This document shows, piece after piece, positions 37,843 through 52,429 of a stretch of 64,000 nt of DNA (positions within the stretch are counted from its first letter, which is position 1; every line of letters begins with the position of its first letter). Source of the stretch: Trichoplax adhaerens (Eukaryota > Animalia > Placozoa); the NCBI RefSeq assembly GCF_000150275.1, contig NW_002060958.1:876272-940271 (forward strand), in the 5' to 3' direction. A model generated the notes under the pieces. That model did no database searches and had not been told where the DNA came from. It saw only the letters and a program-made list of their open reading frames with translations. The translations under genes and the position numbers were made by a program.

Positions 37843-40800
37843 TTAAAAATCTGCTTCGTGAAGCTTGGCAACTTGTTTTAATATGTTCGAATGACTAGCA
37901 AATAGCGGGACTTTGGAACTAACCCGTTGCCATCTTACTGCACAAGCATCATCACCCGCCTAAGTAACACATATAAAATTAATTCATCGTTAGAGAGGTT
38001 AATCGTTATCAAGAGCTGAAATGAGCAAAAATACAATCAATCCATTCATACTAAGTGAATCACTCACTAACCTGCAGTTCAAAATTATTAAATACGCTAC
38101 CATCGTTATCATGAAAGTTTACAGCAATCGTTTCCATCCAAGCATGATCTGTATTACGAGGATCATCAACGTAACCTTTATAGACCTAATAAAATTTTAA
38201 ATTGGAAAAATGTTATCCACTTCTTCTTTGTCACAAACAAATTATAGTGCTATAACCCATTTATGTCTAGATTGTTACTCACCACATGTCCATCTTGAAA
38301 TATTTGATCCATATGCTTTTTAATTTGTTCACTCTCTTCAGGAGTTTTTTCCAACTTTCCTAAGGCTTCTTCACTAAATTCAGCTTTCAATGTTTGACTT
38401 ATAGTCTCACCAGGTTCAACCATTCCCTAAAAATGATGTAATCCATCAGTCATGGCGATAGCTACAAAATCAAAACTTGCTTACAACGCAGAGGCAATAA
38501 TTATCGATACTCTCTTACCCCTGGTATAGCCCATTGGTGGTTATCACGCCGTTGGATAGCTACAAATTCCAAAACTTTCTTATCATTTTCTATCACAATT
38601 CCTCGAACATTACGCTTCCATCGTGTTACAATAGGATCTGCAGCATGATTAGGTCCCCATCGACCGAGAAGACCTCTTCCCTTTACACCAGTACGGCCTT
38701 CAGGATTTCTATCATTGCAATTTAAACGTTTAACCCGTTAAACTCATTATTGCCACGCATCAACGAAATGTATACTAGTCAAACATAGATTCCACAATTT
38801 CTTTGACTAATAGTATATATCCTCTACTCTTGGTATGACTGAAAGGTCATTTTAATAAATAGATCGATTTCAACATTTTCCTTGGCTAATAGTATAAAAT
38901 CTACTATACGATACATAACTGAAAGGTAGTTTGAGTAAATAAATCGATTTCAACATTTTTCTTGACTATTAGTATAAAATTCACTACTCTATACATGATT
39001 GAATAGCAGTTTCCCTAATCGATCAATTTCAACGTTTTGCTTGGCTAAAAGTACCGTATAAAAAATCCTTTACTCTATGCATGGCTGAAGAGTAGTTTCA
39101 GTAAATAAATCCATATCAACATTTTCCTATGATAACAGTATAGAGTCCACTACTCTATATCTGATTAATGAGTAGTTCAGTAAATAGACTACAATGATAT
39201 GATATGACAGATAATAGACTGCAGCTGTATAATAAGCGACAGCAAGAGATACACGAGAATACTATGTCGCTAAAATAAAATCAACGACTTGTCCTATCAT
39301 AATACAGTCCAAATTTTACTTTTCAAACTTATTTGGAAAATAACAATATGATATGCCTAAATCAGGGTGTCTTATTGATCCTATTCTAGTAGTAAAACTT
39401 ACAATGGAAATCCATCGACAACCATATAATCTCCTTCGTAGCTAACCCGATTGACATTATAAGCCGGATCAAGGCAATTATACAAAATTTTAATGCTGTC
39501 GGGATGATGTGGTCCCCTATAAAATGACATAACGAATTGATCAGAATAAGGCTAATACAAAATTATGCAGTAATTATAATATTATAACTGGCTGATGAAA
39601 CATGCTATCGTTGATTGCTCATCTTACAATGTTAAAATATCTGGATCAGCCCATATTGGGCCAGCTAATACAACATCATCCGTATGAACCACAGGTTCAT
39701 AGTCGGGAAATGGAATCTGTGAATAAGAAAAAATAATTTCAATTTGTTGCTGAATAAAGTGAAATAAGAAATCATTTGATCTCAATTTTGTTGTACGTAG
39801 AATCATTGGTATAATATTGCTCTTACCTCCCAATTAACGGCATTATCAGGAACAGGAAATCGTTGAATAGCTGTCCCTGGATAGGGCGATTTCCTCGCTT
39901 TTTTATGTACCGAATGGCCATAGCGTCCAACTTCATTTTCAATGGGGACAGAATCAGTCAATTTCAACGTTGTTACACTTGGTGGTGGGATAGGCAGTGA
40001 TCGAAATTGGCTTAAACGACGCTTTCTGTCGCTACAATAAATTTAAAAATAAAAATAACGTACAAGCGTCAGAATAGAGCAACTATAAAAATGAGTTTAG
40101 CTATAACTTTTCACTACTGGCATAATGTGCGAATATTGAAAAGTGAAATAGAGCACCGGTACTGTATAAATATCAGAGTAGAACAAATATAAAATGGGTT
40201 TAGCGCTTAAATACTCTAATATATTAATATTTAAAATAGATTTGATGAGGCTTTCTTTCACTCTAATATATTAAAATGTAAATAATGGATCAACGTAATA
40301 GTTGAGTAACTGTAAAATAGGTTTAATGACACTTACTCACACTCCACTATAGAAAAAAATAATCTGCAAATACCGTGGTAGAACAACTATAAAACAGGTT
40401 TGACGACGCTTTCTTTTATTCTACTATATAGGAAAGTGAAACAATCTATCAATACTGTAGTAGGATAACTGTAAAGTAGCCTTTGGTGAGCTTTCCTTCA
40501 CTCTAATATATTAAAAAGTAAAATAATCGATCAACGTAGTAGTTGAACAATTATAAAATAGGCTTGAAGCAACACTTTCTCTCGCTCTCATACATGAAAT
40601 AGTAAAATAATTGATGGAAATGTCAAAATTAAAACAAATGTAAATGGATTTAACAGCGCTTTCTTCTATTTTACTATACTGAAAGCAAATAATCTATGAA
40701 CAGTAGAGTAAAGTAAACCTAAAATGGATTTAGTGGCCCTTTTTCTTACTATACTGAAAAGTGTATAATTATTTAACATATCAAGTAGAACAAACGAGAA

Positions 40801-43800
40801 AATTGGGTTTAACGATACTGTCATTCACTATAATATATTGAAGAATACAATCGTGTATGAATAGCAAGAAAAGTATAAAATAGATAAAAATGCAAACCAA
40901 AATTAACCTAGATAGGCCTTCTTTAGCATCTAAATGCTCCAAAATGGCATCAAACATCTCCATTGTCCTTTCATCTAGATCAGCTAAGCGACGCTCAATT
41001 CGTTCCATAGAGGAATTTTCATCGGGCATTGCTGTTACAGGACGTAATCGACTATCTTTACTACCAACACCTTTTGCAGCTATAATGGCTGCCATGTGTT
41101 CCAATCTACAATAAATAATTAAAACAACATTGGTTCAAAATAGTTGAAGACTTCCAAGCCTGACTTGCATGAAATAGAAACGATATTGATCTAGCAAACA
41201 ATCGTAGCCGTGGTCAATATCTCTAGTTTTACTCTCTTTACCTTTCTCCTGAATTACGAACACGAGATTCTATACTATCGGACTTTTTACTTTCAGCTTG
41301 CAACCAATACGCATCTGCAGCCTCAAATTCCCATAATTCTAGTTGCTGATCTAATCTACGACTAGTCATTTTGACTTCTATAATGGAAAGCGACATAAAG
41401 TAAAATAGATGGAGAACTGTTATGGCGTTACATTCTTCATTTGTCGACGAAAATAGTTACAATCGTAAATTCAAGGCAAGTATCCAGTAGTGACAAGGAT
41501 AGCTCAACTATCCAACTAAAGAAAAGTGAAAACGATTCCAATAGATGAAGAATTAGCTTACTTAGAGAGTTTTTCTCCACAGGATATCGATGGCTTTTAC
41601 AATTCTTTCGTAATGATTTAATAACTAGATTTAGATGACTGATTAAAATGAATGGAGGTGGTAAAGCTGGGCGTTCTAGATATTCACGGATTAAATCGTA
41701 TCGCTGAAATTTCCACACTAAATCTGAGCGTTCTTGTACCAATGAAAATGTATTGCTAAATAAATAGAGGAATAAAAGAATATATAGCAATTGGATTGGG
41801 CTCAAGTCAGAATTCAAAATTGCTTGTCGTCCCGTTATTAAATTCATATAGGAATAAAATAAGCCTGGACTGATATAATTGGTCTGAAGTGAGATTTTAA
41901 ATTGCTTGTCATCCTATTCATGGTATTCTACTGCATATGCTGTAATTGTAGTCTCTATTTGGTACTGTTACAGTGTTAAATACTGTATTACAGTAGAAAT
42001 ATCTATGTTAGGATAATTCTGTTAGACTATCCTTATTTAGTTAACTTCTAATTTGGATATACTGTGTTTTAATATAGCACTGACTTTTTATGACAGTGAC
42101 ACTTATACACATACTGAAATTAATAGTTATAATAGGGAATGCAAATCATCTACTTACAGTTCGAATCATTGTGATTGTAATTTACTTATGGTAGATCGTA
42201 AATTATCATGGAAATGTTCCGTGATAGGACATATCGTAATCTGACTATTCTGTATTAGTCATTACATGTCTATATTCGTAAATACTGTTGTCTGCATTAA
42301 GGAAGCAGTAGCTAAAATTAATATCTAATTCAGTAAATGATTCCAATGTTAATTGTATTAACTATGACTCATGAACTATTGAGGAATAGTATATAAATGC
42401 AGTATATCGTGAAATAAAGAGAATTCTCCAACTTAGTGTTTAACGTAAAATACGAGGCGTTTAAGTCTTTGTGTAGTCTGCTAGTAGAGCAAAAGTGTTT
42501 GTGATAGTGCAGATATCGTTCCTTGATACGTAGTTCAAGGAATTGACTTATTGATCGTATATTGCGTTATCTTGTTGCAGAGCTGTTTTGTGACAGGTAC
42601 ATAAGTTAGAAAGAATTTTTCCTTCATAGTATCTCGATTACATTAGGATGTAACTAATTCGCCAACATCAACTTCATTTCATATCAATTATTCAGTTACT
42701 AGTTATTACGTTTTTATCACCATATTTAAAATAAAAATGAAGAGATTAACAAACATCCTCAGTACCCAGTAGTTAATCCGTTTAGACTATAAGATTTTGA
42801 TAGCCTTACTAATAGCATCGAATTGAAATTTAATTTAACGTTATGTATTTCAACTTCCTCAACTTACTTGAACATAGCAATAAGTAAATTAATCAGCAAA
42901 ATGTTGGTAATTAAGAGATATAAAGAGAACAAGACAGGTACAAGCCAGTTATTTGCCACACAGTTCGTTGGATCAGTAGTATAATTTTGTCCTGGTGGGC
43001 AGTTTTGACCTAGAAATAGAATAAATACAAAGTTACAACAGGGAAGACCGACATCTATTAGTAATGAGTTATTTCATAGTAATACAGTTCACTATCATGA
43101 AAGAAATATATCTCATAGAAGATTTATGGCCATTATATGATTCAGGAAAGTAGCTTTTCCCCCACGACTAATATTGGACTATTTTTATACCATTAGCAGA
43201 ATTCAAGATGGCTTTAAATTATAATATCACCACTTTTCTATTTGTCATAGAACGCTACATCAAGTTTGAGATACTAATACAGTAATAGTTCTCATTTTAC
43301 GTTTAATTAATTATATAATTATTAGTAAGTTATAAAAATATAAAATTCATATTTGGCATAACATTCACTAGGCTATAGAAACTAGAATTTCACGCTAGCA
43401 TGATCTTACGTTGTAACTAGGGCATAGTTGTGAGATTTGTATCTGCTAGATGGCAGCAAACTCTTGACTTAAAAGTAAATTAATTTTCCTATATAATATT
43501 TTTACACTAATAATTATATATTGTACACGTATATTGCATAGCCTGATAAAATATAGAAGTAGTTCTCACTTTACGCTTGACTGATTAAAAATATCATTTT
43601 TGCTATCGAATAGTGCGTTGCAGATATATTTGCCGCAATGTTAATTAAGCTGACATAATCCTACGCCTTAACTGCTGCGTAATTGTAAGCTTTGTATCCT
43701 CTAGACAGCTACAAACTCTATACACAAAATCCTAATTTTTATATTACACATATTTATACGGTATATATTATATATTGTACTGTATATTGTATAGCCTGAT

Positions 43801-46800
43801 GAAATTTAGCATTAGTTCATACTTTTCGCTCGATTAATTACAAATCTTCAATTCATATTTGATACCGAAAAGCAAGTTGCAGTATAAATTTAACCGTAAT
43901 GCAGAATTAATTGGGCTGTACAAACTAGACTCTCGAGCTAGCACAATCCTACGTCGTAACTATGCGGCTGTTAGGCTGCAGATGCTAAAATAGATAGCAT
44001 TAAATTCTTTGCTGAATGTCCTAGATATTGAAATGCCTCTAAGGCGTTGTAGTTCCTACCGTTTAACTTAGATTCTCACGCCAACTGGAAATTTTTTTGC
44101 TTTATGATATATTAGAGTAAAAATTCCTACAAAAATTGGACATTTCTACACTTAATTAATCTCAGACTAAATACAGTATATCTAATTTTTTCACCCAAGT
44201 ACATCATTTACTGCGCTTTGTAAGCAAATATGCTGGCGATGCATATACTAGATGCTGCATAAGGCGACATGGATTAATGAACTCAGCTATACACAATCAA
44301 TCTATAGAATAGTTTTATAATTCATAGTGAGAGATTTTCTCTTGCCTTACCTTGAATTTCAGCCAAGAATAGTTCACCATAGATATTAAAATAGGGTATA
44401 TAGAATATTTTCTGAATTATAGTAGCATTAAAAGGATAATTAGGATGAAGTATAGCGTGACTTGATACACCATATGCTACCAAAAAGACGCCCAAAATAA
44501 CCACGAAGAAGACCAAATCGCTTAACTAGTTGAAATTGATCAAATGGGATAAAATTAGCTGCATTAATACCATTTAAGTCATTGCCTATTATTACAAGTG
44601 TTAATACTATAGCTAATCAATTTTTCTTTTAAACGCGGTAACATTTACCAATGAGATAACGCATTTTAATAAATAGAAAATCTTACCATTTTCTTAATCA
44701 TCACTAATAAAGGCCCAAAATGGATACTAACGGAATAGATTTGTAGCACACGTAAACAGTAAATTATAAAGCCAAGACAGTAAATTATTCGCCCAGTTTC
44801 TCGAGTTTGCTCGAAGAAGCGCAAAACTATAGCCGTAATAACGAAAGCCAAAGCTACCACATCGGCAATATTCCATAAATCCGATAAGTAACTTGCTAAC
44901 TTTTTAGAAAATGTTTCAGCTTCTGATCGGATGAGCTACGTGAAATAATAAAGTTTAAAATCGATGACTAAATTTTCCATTATTTACGGAGAAAATGATA
45001 AAATATAAATTCTGCTTTTAATAATTCTATTCAATACTGCAAGAAACTTCTTCTTCATTAACATACGATGGAAAAGCATATTAATTGAATGTAAATAATT
45101 GAAATAATTTGCTAACCTGTCTTAGTTCTTCCACAAATAGACTAAAAGTCCATACAATTAAAATATATTCAGCAGCACCAGGATAAGGTGAACGAAAGTC
45201 GGATAAAATCATGTATGCATAGAGAATGATGAAGGAAAAGAAGGAAATCTATGCAAAGAATTGACCAAGAATTAAAGTGTTAATTCTGTTTTTGTTAATA
45301 ATCAGATATAAACTGTACAATTGAGATATGAAGTCTTTCATGCACATCTTCTATATCACCAAATAGCTCAATATTAATCTAGTCAAGGCATTTGTTAATG
45401 CTGCTATAGCTTTTGAATGCTTAGACTTGCTAACTTATCCTCTTTCGGTTATAAAACGAACATAGTATATATATACAATATAAACAGTATCATTTCTTAT
45501 TCTGAATAAGGGTGTTTAAGCGAATACCATTTAGAAAATTACTAACAATGGTATAACTTACAGAATTTATTGTAAATTTAGTTCTTGGTGACTTGTAGAA
45601 TGCCGGAATGCGTTTAAAATTGCATAATTGGCCCTTTGAACTTGAGCCTCGAGTAACAATCACAGCTTGAGCCTGTTGTTCTGCGCTGTCGCTAATCTCT
45701 TGATCTGCTAATTCAGCTGCAACTAATTCTACATCGGTAGGATTCTGAGCTTCATTCGGGTTTGGTTTTGCGGCTAGTCGTATACTTTTCGGTTTATGAT
45801 CGATATTGGACCGAAATCGAACATAATTAGTTGATAAAAGAATCACTGGTAAGCAAGTAGTAATTGTTACCTAGAATGCAAGAAAAAAAGGTATACATTT
45901 GAATAAAAATAGCACCTTAAAAATTGAAATAATAAATCATTGATATAACTGCTCAGTTTGGATTATAAATCATAAAAGTGTTTCTATACTACAGCTAAAA
46001 ATTGGTCCTAATCTATTTCGATTCTTACTATCCACGATGCCGTATCTCCTTCTATATCACCATTCCATAAGTTATTGAGTAGAGCTTGACAACAGCGATG
46101 AGCAATAAAAATCTCACTGTGTGCATTATCGGCTAGAGCTAAACAAGTTGTATCGCCCCATCTTGGTAAAATCTTTGTTAATAATAACATTGCGTTTTCT
46201 TCGTTGGTATTATAACATTCATTCATAACACCAATAGATAATTCTTCAAACTCGCTATATAATATATACAAAATGTCAATATGAATGCAAGTCGGATTAC
46301 AATTAAAAAATTATATTTTAATGGACTATTAATACTCACTTTGCAGTTTGTGATAAATCTGCTGCTACGTCGCTGGATGAAACATTTTCAGCTGAAGCAG
46401 CCATTCTATCGAATAATGTATAGGCAACAAGAGCTGCAGCAATAGGGTTATGAAGCTTTTGCCATAGATAGAATGCCATTTCAGGTCGATTTCTTAATAC
46501 TGCCCATATAAAAATATGTTGGTATGGATCTTCAAATTCTCTGTTTGCCCTTTTGTCATCATCTTCGTCCGAGCTATCAGAGTCATAGACTTGGACATCG
46601 CAATCTGCTTCATCTTTTCCAGTTACTGTTTGCTCATTATATTCTTCTTCATAAAATACGTAAGGATTTGTGAATCCTCCACCAATAAGATTACCAATTA
46701 CTTTACCCACAGCATACAAGCAGATTTGCTGATCATTCTAAAGACATTCAGTATCCAGTATACAGATTAATAAACTATTACGTGCATTCACGTTTGTATC

Positions 46801-49800
46801 CATTGGAATAGGTACAGTATACTCCGTTATATTCAAGTAGAAAGTAGTAATTCTATTATGACTGAACTATTGCAAGAAGTAGCAAAAAAATTCATGAGAC
46901 TAACACATGTGATATTGTATACAAACATAATGTATCTTAACCTCGTAACTCACCTTATGATTGCGTCTATACTCGTTGAGAAGCTGATTAAATAAGGAGA
47001 ATTTCGGAAACTAAAGGATAAGTTTATTTATTAGATGATCATCAAATTATTACAGTATATGAGTAAATTTTCATATAAAACTATCACAAGATGGTTAAAA
47101 TTGCTTGAGAAGACAATTATGCGTGTTATGTGAAAATGGCTTACCGATTGATACAATTCTTCAAGTCGCTTCTTTGTCAAGAATTCGTTCAAGTCCAAGC
47201 CATGTCCAATGAATAGCTTTACAAAATCAACGCGATTATCGACTAAAGCGGTCATCATGGCAGTTTCTAAATCTTTAGACTATGAAAGAAATTATTGCTT
47301 CTGTATTAATTAATCAAAGTTGATCGATGATTATATAGTCAACCATTTCGTAGTACATCAGATATAGAGCATGAAATTGAAATAACAGCGCTATCCTGTA
47401 ATTTTACTGTACATTTAGTAATAAACCATACCTTCCATTTTTTACCACAGAATATTCTATCTCTAGCAATATCTATTTTATTCCATGTTAAAGCTAAATT
47501 TAACTGAGTCTTTTGGGAGGATGGATTAGCTGTTTGAGAACAAGTTAGATGTCTGAATTAGTATAAAATTTTTTGACAGCCTTGAATGCCAACATTTGAC
47601 GACATTGGAGATATACTTATTGCAGACAGACAACATGCCACTATTCGATATAGTGGTATTGCATTAATTATACCTTTCATTAGAGCTTCCAAGATTGCTG
47701 CATCAAGATCTCCATCTTCCGCGTGATAAATAGTCAACTATCAATGATGATAAAATACGTAAGATTACGATGAATTTGATTTATCTGGCCCTTTATAAAC
47801 TTTTGAAGTTAGGCTAAGTCAATGAATAATTGTAGTATATGTATATGAACGAGTATATATGTATATACCATGGATTTTTTTTGTAGGCATTGCTTAACTT
47901 GTCGTAGACAATTCATACAAGCAACTTCATTTTTTTCTTGAGTCCAATTAAACTCCTGATATATTTTCTCTACCACTTCATCTTCAAATTCCGGTATTAA
48001 ATAGTGATTTTCAACCCTAAAAAATGAATATTAACGTAGACAGAGAAGATAAGATTTATAATCCTAGCGATGAGAATCAAAGTTAATCAATAGGATTGGA
48101 TTCGAGAAGAGATGCTCAAAAACTATATCTTGTCATGTAACATTGGAGAAGGAATTGAAAATATAGCAAAAGCGACTATAAAAATGATCTACTTAAGATT
48201 GTAGCCGACAGATATTCATTTTGGTAATATACGATTAGTAAGAAAGCCTATGCTTCAGTAAGTGGCAGTAACTTACTCTTCGTTGTTAATATTCTTTTCT
48301 ACCACAGCATAGGTATGATTATAGGCATAAGCTAAGATGTTGGCAGCTCGACCACTGCCTGCAACCACAACACCAGGTGTATTCTGCTCGATAGCAGCAT
48401 GGACTGTCGCCATAGTATTTGGTCCACCTTCCAAAACTACACAGACGACTGGTATTCTGAATCCGTGATTGCCAACAACTAGCAGATTGAAATAGAGATG
48501 GGTCAAGTTATTAATCTATCTTATCAATAATTTAGTTGGATAATTTAGTTTATTGTTAGGTATGGCAATAGATGGCTATATAGAAAAAGTGATGAATTTC
48601 AAATAATTACATTTATAGGTGTGCATTTTCTGCTCAGAAATGGTTTGTTCAAGCTTGGAGCGGAGCCCAATTTCAGCACCAAATCGACCTACGGTGCCGT
48701 CATCGACTAAGATGAAATGGGTATGATTTGGATCCAGCGGTGCTCCAATTTCTCCACTACGAAATTGAGATCGATAGCGGACTGGAAATGATCCCTAGCA
48801 TCCATTTTATAATTAAATTTATCAACAGGAATCCCATTTATATTTAAATATTTACAGAAGTAAGGGATAATCTCGTCTTAATTTCCTTTTTTCTTTCTAG
48901 TTAAAAGTATTAACATTGATGTTTCAATCCATATTTTATACTAGTTTCACAGTATATAAGTTAACGTTATTCCCTATTTCTTTTCCTTTAGAATTAGAAT
49001 GATAAACATTGATCTTTCTTTACTTTACTATCCACTGGCATGTAGGAAAATCTCACTCTCGTTACTATCCTTCTAAATTAAAAGATTTTTAACATGGATT
49101 TCAAGTATTTTCCACGGCTTGTGTAGCATAGGCTAAGGTTATTCTATAATTCTTTTATTTTAAAATTAAGTTTAATCTTTCTCTATTTTATATCTATACA
49201 AGAAGGCATCATTCTCTACTACGTTTAAAATGAAAGGCTTTAACACTAATCCAATACCGTGGTATTTTAACGATCTATATAAAGTAATACGCATATCATT
49301 TTCTATTTCTTCTACATTAAAATTAAGGTCATCAACATTGTTCTTTCTATTCTTTGCTACCTACGTCAAAATTTCTCATTCTCTTATTCTTTTACCTTAA
49401 AATTATTAGCATAGATCTTTCTATTCCTTGCTATCGTACATGAAAATCTCATTATTTCTATATATAAACTGGATGAAATGGATCATGATAGAATCTCGCC
49501 TTCCATCTACAAAACATGTATCTACAGTAGCGCTTGTATACGAAATGCCGCACTGCAATGGTGAATTAAGCAACTCTTCTCCACTCAGCATAAATGCAAG
49601 AAAAAAGTAAAATACAGCAAACAATCTATTATAGAAGAAGACCAACCTCTGCATCAACAAGCTCATGCTTTCCTAATACAGTTCCCCAAGTTGCAATGCC
49701 TATAGCAACTAAATTTTCTCCTCCTTCGCCAGACCGAATAAGTGAGCTATCACGCACGGCTTGGCCAACATATTTCATAACACCAGAATGGCTACCACCA

Positions 49801-51354
49801 GAAATAATATAAGCGCCAGTAGATTGAGCGGCTTTCATTAAACCCCGTCGGAAAACTTCCCTTATTTTGGGCACTAATTTAAATTTCTGCGCTCCACCAG
49901 TAACAGAAATGACAAGATTTGGTTTGCGTAAACCCCAGTAATCTTGCAATAGTCTTAGTATCATGGTCGGATCGGTATCATCTTTAACTCTAATAAACTG
50001 TATGTATACATACAAGCATAGACTTAGTCAAATTTTTATGAAATAGTTCATTGAGGTATTCATTAGCCCAATTTATACATCAAAATAATCAAGGAATCGA
50101 AAAGAGGGATAGTATTATTGTAGATTACTTTTGCACGTTCCATTCGCTGTTGACTATTGGCAAAGAAATCAATTTCGCCATAAGCATCGGTTGGTTTTGG
50201 CACTGTATGAAATTTTGAATTCCATCTTTCTTCGGATAGAACACTTTCCTGCATATGTTCTGTTCCATGCCACGATTCAACTCTTCCACAGGAGCAGCGT
50301 TTAATACTATGTTAGAAAAGTGATGGAAAATAAGTTGGTGTCTATCGTACGTAAGAGTAACAATGTTGTTCAAAATACTCGATAAATAGAGCGAACTTAC
50401 TCAGATGGATCATTTTTCCAGTTTTTACCCTTAATAAATTTATTACATTCTTTCTTTCGAAAATTTCGGACAATAAAATGCTTTACTTTCGCCTAGATGG
50501 TGTTGAAAGAATGTAAAATATTTGTTGTTGAGTGTTAAAGAATCGTGTTATTTAAAATGAATCTTGACTACTCATGCTTTATTCTGCTATAAGAATATTA
50601 TACATAGCCCTAAGAATGTACCCTGTACTATTTGCATCAGTCTACTTTTAATATGCTATCCTATGAAGATTCATCTATGGTCGGGGAAATATACAGGATG
50701 CAATACTTGATGGGATAGAAAATATGGCCATATGGTTGTCTAAAAGATCGATTTTAGGACGGTGTAAATCTCCAAAATACACCCTCTACTCGTATATTGG
50801 TGTAATGGCGTAGAATGCATGTTACGGATCTCGTCAATATAAGATGATTTGAACTACATCTATAAGGAATTCTTGTAGTGCAAGGTTATAATCTAGTCTG
50901 CATAGAGTCTAAAGTAAAGTTTACATTGAAAGCTATTTTGGTGATCTAAAGGCGTTATTTTGATCTATTTAATGTCCAAGAATGGATAATCTCTACTAGG
51001 ATATCTTCTAAAAAGAAGACTTATGTTGAAAGAGAAAAGGAAATCCATTACTATTGATATTGCGGCGTGTAAGGTTAATCGAAACCCTTTCATGTGTTAT
51101 ACTCATATCGATGGAATAGTATACTCGCAACATTGGATGGAAACATGCAGTGTGATTAACAACTACAGAATTGAATTTGGATGCAATAATTTGAAATTGA
51201 TTATGATTAATCTTACATTGGCAATTTGTTTTCCGGCCATAGTATCAATAAAATTTAATGTACTTGTCGATGAAGTTCTTCGTCGACTGCTAGAACTCCT
51301 TTGTCGGCCATGAGATGGGCCTGGTGACGGTTCTATTCTGTCTAATCGCTTCAT
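37843..51354 (-). CDS. TRPM2: TRPM2-type cation channel with C-terminal NUDT9-homology (ADP-ribose hydrolase) domain, about 28 exons
   Basis: N-terminal KEC..CSCG..H and [10 protein letters not shown] (~50130-50490). MHR1/2: [39 protein letters not shown]3/4: [29 protein letters not shown]2-S3: FVEELRQ and DLWNIAD. Pore YFNIYGELF; S6 [12 protein letters not shown]; TRP box WKFQRY. NUDT9H: [68 protein letters not shown]. Stop at 37843-37845. Confidence 0.95.
38770..39190. repeat. Degenerate ~80-bp tandem repeat (about 5 copies) in a TRPM2 intron
   Basis: tcaacatttt..ttg.cta..agtataaaat recurs at ~38870, 38950, 39029 and 39116. Confidence 0.8.
40070..40760. repeat. Degenerate ~80-bp tandem repeat (about 8-9 copies) in a TRPM2 intron
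   Basis: A gaacaactataaaatgggttt..ctttc..ctctaatatattaaaa-like unit at ~40077, 40179, 40304, 40379, 40461, 40543, 40631 and 40711. Confidence 0.75.
43270..43990. repeat. Three diverged ~260-280-bp units in a TRPM2 intron
   Basis: tagttctca.tttacg at ~43285, 43560 and 43813; a gctagcacaatcctacg..taact-like motif at ~43394, 43650 and 43937. Confidence 0.7.
48870..49420. repeat. Highly degenerate ~80-bp tandem repeat in a TRPM2 intron
   Basis: A ttcta.attaaaa..ttaacattgat-like unit at ~48895, 48988, 49071, 49225 and 49310. Confidence 0.55.
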
Positions 51355-52043
51355 TTCGGCTGGATGATTAAAACTAAAACAGTGATTGAAAAATTCATGA
51401 TTACCACCTATGTTATTGCTGTTTTATATCCTTATTAGAATATCTATCCTACACCATAATTATAAGTTGAGTACGTTAAAAAATATTATTGAAATACTTG
51501 ATATTCATTAATCGTTTCTTTTATTTTATAGTATCTTAACATCGATAGTATATCGAATTAAATGCTAGAGAAAGTTTTGAATCGCTCATGGCTATGATGG
51601 TAAAAATTATAAAAAATTAGACTATCATATGGGACTATCTAAAAGAATTACAGTTGTGTGATGTATATGACTTTATCCTATTGGGTAGGAATGAAGCGAT
51701 GATTGATTTCATCATTATTATTATCATTAACTTCTATCCACTATAAGCACACTTGATGTTGACTATTTCTCGATCATTTAGTCACACTAGTAATCACCTT
51801 GATTAAAGTTTGTTTAATTACCATAAAAGTCATTAAACAAGCAATAGGTAGTATCACTCTAATAGTATTATTATCTAGATGATGATGTATTCCATCATCA
51901 ATACATGACTTAAAAGAAATTGGAAGAATCAAATAAGATGATCATCGTCTTACTGGATCAATTCTTTTCCTCTTGTTGATTCTCTATCCATCAACAAGTA
52001 TAATAAGATTAATCAACTCGTTATCCACCATCGATCGACTTAC

Positions 52044-52220
52044 CTTATTCGACTCTCTTGCTATTACCTTAATGAATAGTATTTTACCCCCCTAACGACA
52101 ATTATCCACTTGTAATCATTTCAGTCTGTGAAATGATGGAAGATTGATTGTCGAATTGCAGTAGAAATGGCGTTTGACGTAATTGAAAAGGGTGCTAATA
52201 TTAGAGAGATTGGTTGGAAG
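52044..52220 (-). promoter_or_regulatory. Probable TRPM2 leader exon and promoter
   Basis: Minus-strand donor GTAAGT at 52038-52043 and an acceptor at ~51375 just before the ATG. AAATGGCG at 52165, TGACGTAA at 52175 and ATTGG (CCAAT) at ~52209. Confidence 0.5.
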
Positions 52221-52429
52221 AGTAGAGTTTAGTCTGATTAACGTTGGTACTTAGCAGTAGGGTCTTAAACCTTGGCAATCAAGTAATACTGATCAAAGTA
52301 TTGCTGAAGAAACTAAATGATAGCTTGTTGATCAAGGCTTGCCTTGTCATGATTGGATCATTTGTTTATACAATGTCTTGTCTTTTTCCGCATGATGTCG
52401 TCATGGTTGCCAAGGAGATTCCAGCTGTT

